DNA of 64,000 bases from Planctomycetota bacterium (GTDB taxonomy: Bacteria > Planctomycetota > B15-G4 > SIAN01), in the NCBI GenBank assembly GCA_028289345.1, contig JANQQL010000005.1:101206-165205 (forward strand), read 5' to 3'. The position numbers and the translations under genes were made by a program. This document shows, one piece after another, positions 58,190 to 64,000 of the stretch. Position 1 is the stretch's first letter. Each line of letters starts with the position of its first letter. Below the pieces are notes generated by a model, which was given only the letters and a program-made list of their open reading frames with translations, was not told the origin of the DNA and made no database searches.

Positions 58190-59416
58190 ATGGCAACCAG
58201 CATCATCGTTGATGGATATGGCTCTGGTGGATTACTCGCCCCGGAATTCCGAAGCAAAGGAATAGGCGCCGTCCACATCGAAACAGGGACTGCCTTGAAA
58301 GCGCTCTGTCGCTCCCACCAGCCGAGTGATTACTCCGCGGAATTTCAGCTTCTGCAGTATGAGTCTATCGAGCTCCTTGCGAAACAGCTTCGCTCATTGG
58401 ACCCTATTGCAGTAGTCCCTGGCGTGGATAGCGGTGTAGCTGTCGCAGATTCTCTTGCACACCATCTTGGTTTACCGGGTAACGATCCAAGTACTAGCCC
58501 TTTACGCCGGGATAAGTTTGAGATGATCTCCCATCTGGCGCAATCTGATTGTCGTATGAGAAAATGCTGGCGCGTGCGTAACCTAGACGATCTGCGCAGG
58601 GTGGAACTAGAGACAGACGGTGGGCCCCTAGTCCTGAAGCCAACCATGCTTGCCGGTGGCCGCGGTCTAACGATTTGCCACACCGCCAGTGCTTTGCGCG
58701 CGGCCTGGGATAAGGTCCTCGAATGCAGTGAAGGCCCTGTGGCGGCTGCGATAGTCGAGGACTGGATCGAGGGAAGCGAGTATGAAGTGAACACGGTTAG
58801 CTGGAACGGCCGTCATGGAGTGACGGATCTATGGCAGTACGTAAAACGCAAGAATCAGCAAGGTGTTATTTATGACTGGGGTCGCCTAATCCCGTCGCGA
58901 GGGCGAGTCCAAGACACAATACTTGAATACACCAATAAGGTGCTTGATGAGCTCGGAGTTCGGTTCGGCGCGGCCCACACAGAAGTATGCATGGAGCAAG
59001 GGGGCCCAACACTCATTGAAGTTGGCGCAAGGCTCTGTGGGGGAAGGGCACCAGAAGTGGTTGCCCAATGCACCGGCTACGGACAGCACCAGGCCCTTGT
59101 CGACGCGTACAGCGAGGAAACAGCCTACGATCTTCCGGGTCGACACTATAAACACCGCTCGCTCTGCCTCAACGTCCACCTGATTTGCCCTGAAGATGGG
59201 CTAAGAATCTCTTCAGCTGGTGAGAAGGCGCTTAGAGACATGGATCACTGCTTGCGCGTTGACCTGCTCGAAGAGCCTCGGGAGCGATTACGGCGCACTA
59301 CGGACTTGCTGTCGTCACCAGGCACAGTCCGGTTTATCGCGGAAACCTGGGAAGTGCTTGCGCCCTGCATCGAGCACGTGCGCGAACTTGAATCGGAGAT
59401 CCTATACAAGCCCTAG
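58190..59416 (+). CDS. ATP-grasp domain protein
   Basis: 408 aa. PLVLKPTMLAGGRGLTIC, IVEDWIEGSEYEVNTV, AHTEVCMEQGGPTLIEVGARLCGG. Confidence 0.75.
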   Translation: MATSIIVDGYGSGGLLAPEFRSKGIGAVHIETGTALKALCRSHQPSDYSAEFQLLQYESIELLAKQLRSLDPIAVVPGVDSGVAVADSLAHHLGLPGNDPSTSPLRRDKFEMISHLAQSDCRMRKCWRVRNLDDLRRVELETDGGPLVLKPTMLAGGRGLTICHTASALRAAWDKVLECSEGPVAAAIVEDWIEGSEYEVNTVSWNGRHGVTDLWQYVKRKNQQGVIYDWGRLIPSRGRVQDTILEYTNKVLDELGVRFGAAHTEVCMEQGGPTLIEVGARLCGGRAPEVVAQCTGYGQHQALVDAYSEETAYDLPGRHYKHRSLCLNVHLICPEDGLRISSAGEKALRDMDHCLRVDLLEEPRERLRRTTDLLSSPGTVRFIAETWEVLAPCIEHVRELESEILYKP

Positions 59417-59477
59417 CCGAGAGCTCGGCCCGAAGGCGGCCCGCGATTTCTTATTGACGCCGCCCGACGACTCGTTC

Positions 59478-60656
59478 CTACCGGATGTCCCGCATATGCT
59501 GTTCTGCTGAATCGATAATCTGTCCCTGATGACTTTGAAGACTCTGTCCAGCGATCTGCTGCATCTCTCTGAGGAACGGGTCCTGAACGGATGTCTCTTG
59601 CCCGGAAATCTCTTCAAGAACGGCCAATGCCATAAATGGTACTGTCGCAGGACAGTAGCCCCCCTCGTGGAGCAGAACGAGCCTCCCAGAGCAGAGACGC
59701 ACTGATGACTCCATCATGCTCCTCGCCAGAAGCCTGAACGACTCACTATGTAAGAGCTGTCGCCCAAGGGGATCGTACGCACCCGCATCGAAGCCGCAGG
59801 CGACAATAATCAGATCTGGCTGAAACCTATGCAAAGCCGGCTCAACTACCCGGTGTATGGTGTCTAGATAAGCCTCGTGCCCTGAACCCGCAGGCAGTGG
59901 GACATTGAGGTTATACCCAAGCCCTGCCCCTCCGCCGCGATGCTCCAGAAGCCCTGAGCCCAGAGGATACAGGCGATCCTGGCGCACTGAGATCGTCAGC
60001 GTATTGGGATCATCCCAGAAAGCGTGCTCGGTGCCGTTGCCGTGATGCACATCCCAATCAACAAATGCAATACGGTCCACCTCGTGAATCAGGCGGGCAT
60101 GCAGAGCCGCCAGTACCCCGTTGTTGAATATGCAGAAGCCCATTCCTCTATCCGCCAGTGCGTGATGTCCCGGCGGCCTCGTGAGCGCGTATGCATTTTG
60201 CACCCTCGACGACATAACTTCGTCCACGGCAGAGATGGCTGCGCCCACTCCGAGACTCGCAATCTCGAATCCACCCTTACTCATCAAGGCGCCTTCGCCC
60301 GTATCGCCTCCGTATTGGTCACTCAACCGCTGAACGACTTGTAAGTAGCTTGCCGTATGAAATCGCTCAAGCTGCGAGAGAGTTGCTGGACGTGGCTCGA
60401 CTAGGGCGAGTGACGACATCATTCCGCTTACATCTACTAGATTCTTGATCCTGCGCTTACTTTCGGGCCCTTCAAAATGAGACCCGGGCTCGAGGTAACC
60501 GCCAGCGGCAAGAAAGCCTGAACTTGCCACGGCGCGATGCCACATGCAGCGCTCATGCCAGATGAACCCGGTAGTCAATTGCAGCGCGTCCTGTAGTCGT
60601 TTAGCGAGGCATTCGCTGGGGTGCCGCCTTCTTGGAGGGATCAATCGGCTCCACAT
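59478..60656 (-). CDS. histone-deacetylase-family (HDAC/acetylpolyamine amidohydrolase-like) hydrolase
   Basis: LTRPPGHHALADRGMGFCIFNN, VDWDVHHGNGTEHAFW. The start is uncertain; ATG 60656 would overlap the upstream ORF by 56 nt. Confidence 0.85.
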   Translation of the reverse strand: MWSRLIPPRRRHPSECLAKRLQDALQLTTGFIWHERCMWHRAVASSGFLAAGGYLEPGSHFEGPESKRRIKNLVDVSGMMSSLALVEPRPATLSQLERFHTASYLQVVQRLSDQYGGDTGEGALMSKGGFEIASLGVGAAISAVDEVMSSRVQNAYALTRPPGHHALADRGMGFCIFNNGVLAALHARLIHEVDRIAFVDWDVHHGNGTEHAFWDDPNTLTISVRQDRLYPLGSGLLEHRGGGAGLGYNLNVPLPAGSGHEAYLDTIHRVVEPALHRFQPDLIIVACGFDAGAYDPLGRQLLHSESFRLLARSMMESSVRLCSGRLVLLHEGGYCPATVPFMALAVLEEISGQETSVQDPFLREMQQIAGQSLQSHQGQIIDSAEQHMRDIR

Positions 60657-61706
60657 TCACAACATCTATACGCTCAAGCTTGCTAAAGACCGCCTCCAGA
60701 GTGAGTCCGGCGATATATGCGACAATCATCGCGAAGATGGCAATGAGGCGGAATCTAAGATTTAGCTCCTCAGCGAGAGATGGGGCTGTCGCCCATTGGG
60801 ACGCAGCGAACAATAGAGCAGAAACTAGCCCAGCTCCCGCACCGAGAGCAACGGTGCCCTCGACTGTGTATGCTGTCGCGGAAGTCACAGGCCTCCGGAG
60901 CTGGCGCAGGGTTTGGGTCAGCGCTCCCGCAATGCCCGCTAACATGGGTATCAGGAGAAAAGCCACTCCAAAGAAGGAGAGGGGGAGGCTCGTAAAGACC
61001 GCAACGGCAGCAAGTGCCGCAGCTCCCGCCAAGGATGCGATCGTCCATCGAGCAGTTGAGACTTCTAGACTCGCGTCACCCAAATTAGCGCTGATATGCC
61101 TCCGACCCAAGCTGTCAGAAATCGTACGCTGAAGCACGCCCGCACATGCTTCGGCATGCCCCTTTGGCCAAGGCTCTACGGCCAAGAGCGCGTGATCTTC
61201 TTCGGAGAGATCATCCGTGCTCAACCTCCACAACTCTTCCCCCGCACCACCGAATGAAGCAAGAGAAAGAACCGGTACTCCGAGCGCCATGCAAACGACT
61301 CCGGCTATGAGCGAGGATCTTCCGCCGCCAACTACGATCGCCGCATCGACCACGAGTAGCGTCTTAATGAACCCGATACACCATTGGGTACTTGGGCTCG
61401 GCCTTACCGAGAGCCAGCTTGCACCTCGCAGGAACTGGAGCTGCGGGGCTTCCAGATCGAGACCTACCCCTGCAGGCTGGTAAAGCACAACAGACTTCTT
61501 CTTTCCTGCTGCCCTAGCATAACCCCGCACTACGTCAAGTTCGACGAAGAGAACGGCTGCAGGGAGAACACCGCCAGGCCAAAACCAACCTTCGCAAGTG
61601 CCGCTCCCAACGACTCGCAGGATTCCGTTTTACCACCGGCATTGCGAATCGCTGGCTCGTAAGTTCGCGACGCATCGATGCTGCCAAATATTGCAACGGT
61701 CTTCAT
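60601..61706 (-). CDS. SLOG/LOG-like Rossmannoid domain fused to ~4 TM helices; reading frame broken near 61560-61585
   Basis: ATG 61706 gives MKTVAIFGS...ESLGAALAKVGFGLAVFS, then a stop. The adjacent frame continues LFVELDVVRGYARAAGKKKSVVLYQP...AAIVVGGGRSSLIAG...LASFGGAGEELW (LOG-type GGG and GGxGxxEE motifs), followed by hydrophobic helices. Confidence 0.7.
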
Positions 61707-62704
61707 TCTATGCTCGAAAGGGATAACTGGCCTGTATTATGAAGGATGGCTTGCCGCAAGAGTGATGATGCAAAATCCTCTCGCGCTCGATAGGTGTACG
61801 ACTCATCTGCTAATCCTTCCGACGTGAGGCCGATGTAAATCTTAGCACCGGCATCAGCACTTTCTCGCGCCAGTCCTAGCACGTCAGAGAGTCGCGGGGG
61901 TTGATACAATTCACTCGCGTTTTCGGCCGCTTTCCGCCACGGCGTGCCTCGGGCGGCGTACATTGGATTCAGCCGTATGGTCAGGTCGATGCTCCGCTTC
62001 GCGGACTCGGCAACAAGGTACGCGATTGAGTCTCGCGCCTCCTGGATAGCCTCGTCGTCTGACATGGTGGGCACGGGCTTGAAGAGAACATACGCCGTAA
62101 GCTCGGCGCCAGCGGCTTCCAATACGTCCAATCCATGCAGAAAAGTGTCGATGGGCTCCTGTTTGCCAAGCACCTCATCTCGTACCTGCTCATTGAGCGT
62201 CTCGAAGCCTGTCAGTACGTTGATCGTCTTTTGGCATGCTGCACGCGAAGCCAAGAGATTTTCGTCGTTAACAAATTCCAAACGAGACTCGAAAACGACC
62301 CGGCGTACGTTCGGTAGTTTGCGCGCGGAAGCTGCTATCTCAAGGAGCGAGTCGAGCGGAAACGTCGCGGGATCGAATACAGAGCCCTCGTTCGCAATGG
62401 TCAACCGGTCAATGAGCCCGAGGGCGTGGCGCACCTCGTGGATTACGAAACGGAATTGGCTTCTTAGATCCTCACCAGAGACGGGCTTGGCTGATGACTT
62501 GTGCGGCAGAGCACAGAAGTCACATGAGTAACGGCAACGTTTGGAGTTAAACAGCACTGCAAGGTCTTGCTCGCCTAGAAACTTTCGAAGAAGAAAGAAG
62601 TGCGGCTCATGGACCGTATCAGCTCCACCGCCCATCGCCTTAGGCGGCCCGAAGCTCCTGTAGCTCTTTTCAACAAAGCTCTCAAGATCGCCTACTAGGG
62701 ACAT
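61703..62704 (-). CDS. radical SAM enzyme
   Basis: 333 aa. CX3CX2C motif CRYSCDFC (nt 62513-62536) preceded by AVLFNSKR. The stop overlaps the SLOG ATG (ATGA at 61703-61706). Confidence 0.75.
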   Translation of the reverse strand: MSLVGDLESFVEKSYRSFGPPKAMGGGADTVHEPHFFLLRKFLGEQDLAVLFNSKRCRYSCDFCALPHKSSAKPVSGEDLRSQFRFVIHEVRHALGLIDRLTIANEGSVFDPATFPLDSLLEIAASARKLPNVRRVVFESRLEFVNDENLLASRAACQKTINVLTGFETLNEQVRDEVLGKQEPIDTFLHGLDVLEAAGAELTAYVLFKPVPTMSDDEAIQEARDSIAYLVAESAKRSIDLTIRLNPMYAARGTPWRKAAENASELYQPPRLSDVLGLARESADAGAKIYIGLTSEGLADESYTYRAREDFASSLLRQAILHNTGQLSLSSIE

Positions 62705-62707
62705 TAC

Positions 62708-64000
62708 TCATTCCTCTTCTGTTGACTCGAAATCTTGCAGAGCGGTTGTCAGGATTTCGAAAATGTCTTTTTCTACGGACGACAACGAGTACTTGAAAGA
62801 CCGGCGAGTGGAGAGGTCAAATGGCATCCTTGTTTGGTCTTGTCGTACTATGAGTGCGGGTTTACCTAGGGCGTGAGCCAGCCCAAGCTCGTAGAGGACG
62901 TTTGGACTGTATGTCGAAATGTCGACAACAATTACTGTCGATCGGCAAATGAGACGCCAGATCTCCTTCAGCGCGTCTGGGTCCTGGCGCGAGTGGTCCG
63001 CGCGAACGGTGTGCCACCCCGCCTCACGCGCGCCGACCTCGAGGGCATCGAGCACGTCGGTAGACCAAGCTTCCTCATATGGCATGCAAATGAAGGCCGT
63101 TTTCTTATCCGCCTTCGCCCATGTCTCTGAGGCGGAGAAGAGTGGCGCAGTAGAAACACGGGCACAGGAGTCACCGAGAAAATCCAGGTGCTGGATTGAC
63201 AGGTCACGAATGCCAATAGCCTCAAGGAGCGGGCTGGCTCTTGGGGACTGCCGCTCAGACCGAGTCCGAAACGCAGCAAAGGCGCCTGTGGCGGCAGCTC
63301 GAAGCGCGCGAGACAGAAAGCGCGCGAGCAGAGCGGATAGCGCCAGCAGGACGAGAAGCAACGCTAACCCGGACATGTCGTTAGCGTAGGCCGTCGTGGC
63401 GACAACAGTTGAACAGATCAGGGTTGTTAGTGGAGGTATCATGTTGACCAACAGCAAGCCAGAGTTCTTGTTCGTGGCAGAGGCCTCGGCAATTCGTTCG
63501 AAGAAAGAGGCGGTACCAACAATCAGCAGTAATTGTGAAAGCGTCCAGGCAATCTCCGCTAGGCTATTGGGAGAGCCCTCGTTAGACAGCTCGCGAGCAT
63601 TGAAGTAGAGATCGGCTGCTATGAGCAGGGCGAATGAGACTGTTATCGCCGGGACCACGAAGTTTGACACCGCTAAGGCAGCCATGCAAAGCGCCAGGCC
63701 CACCAGACCGAGCCACACATATAGGTAGACAAAGACGTCTTGAGCAAGCTCGGGCGCTTGGAGTCGTAACACGCTTGCGTGATACGCGATGAACACGACA
63801 AAGAGCCCGGCACTAGTGACGATGCCCGATATCGCGCCGGTGTATCGAGCATGCCGCACCACTCCACGGCGAAGCTCGTTGACCCAGAAGTACACCCAAA
63901 TCAGAAGAACCAGTAGGTATGGGACCCTGTTGGTGATGATGCTTAGCGCTGGTCGCCCCGCATCGGCGGTCAGATTCAGCTCGAGACCCCACGTCAGGTT
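62708..64000 (-). CDS. polytopic membrane protein with C-terminal nucleoside 2-deoxyribosyltransferase/TIR-like domain; 5' end probably off-window
   Basis: The frame stays open from 63895 to the window edge and remains hydrophobic. The C-terminal domain (nt ~62741-63106) reads KKTAFICMPYEE...STVIVVDISTYSPNVLYELGLAHALGKPALIV...PFD. Confidence 0.7.
   Translation of the reverse strand, partial: NLTWGLELNLTADAGRPALSIITNRVPYLLVLLIWVYFWVNELRRGVVRHARYTGAISGIVTSAGLFVVFIAYHASVLRLQAPELAQDVFVYLYVWLGLVGLALCMAALAVSNFVVPAITVSFALLIAADLYFNARELSNEGSPNSLAEIAWTLSQLLLIVGTASFFERIAEASATNKNSGLLLVNMIPPLTTLICSTVVATTAYANDMSGLALLLVLLALSALLARFLSRALRAAATGAFAAFRTRSERQSPRASPLLEAIGIRDLSIQHLDFLGDSCARVSTAPLFSASETWAKADKKTAFICMPYEEAWSTDVLDALEVGAREAGWHTVRADHSRQDPDALKEIWRLICRSTVIVVDISTYSPNVLYELGLAHALGKPALIVRQDQTRMPFDLSTRRSFKYSLSSVEKDIFEILTTALQDFESTEEE

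Noticed and set aside
1-64000. Looked for CRISPR arrays, rRNA and tRNA genes, and regularly spaced short direct repeats.
   Set aside because: None was seen by eye. The only repeat families found are the IS copies and intragenic protein repeats. A tRNAscan, Rfam or CRISPR-finder run is needed to exclude small RNAs formally.

Overview
High-GC bacterial chromosomal segment. Spot count: 40/60 G+C at 35041-35100. Gene content looks planctomycete-like (CxPxR sulfatase, FG-GAP/VCBS protein, ECF sigma plus Ser/Thr-kinase-TPR pair); the taxon is inference only. The window is a mosaic accessory region. Core-like genes are an ANL ligase, a beta-ketoacyl synthase, two GNAT-like paralogues, a Wzt-type ABC ATPase, a sulfatase, a COG0523 GTPase and an amidohydrolase/beta-lactamase fusion. 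These are interleaved with visibly AT-richer islands (26/60 G+C at 39061-39120) and many decayed copies of one rve/DDE insertion sequence: five copies packed into 37.2-51.3 kb, plus fragments at 5.6, 27.3, 34.0 and 42.7 kb. A second IS family is present as a fragment at 13.0 kb and a frameshifted copy at 56.9 kb. Four ORFs carry clear TIR domains and a fifth carries a related nucleoside-deoxyribosyltransferase/TIR-like domain. Four gene sets look like undescribed systems. (1) 59.5-64.0 kb: a tightly coupled operon of a polytopic NDT/TIR-like protein, a radical SAM enzyme, a SLOG(LOG-like)-4TM protein and an HDAC-family hydrolase. (2) 17.5-21.0 kb: a divergent TIR-Nudix-like / PP2C-like-Nudix-like pair. 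(3) 38.3-42.3 kb: a six-gene operon with a split vitamin-K-carboxylase(HTTM)-like membrane enzyme and two paralogous Glu-rich secreted proteins. (4) 5.9-8.4 kb: a Ras-like GTPase co-transcribed with a pentapeptide-repeat TIR protein, next to a possible Roadblock-like protein. All domain calls come from reading motifs by eye; no HMM or BLAST search was possible. No rRNA, tRNA or CRISPR array was recognised.
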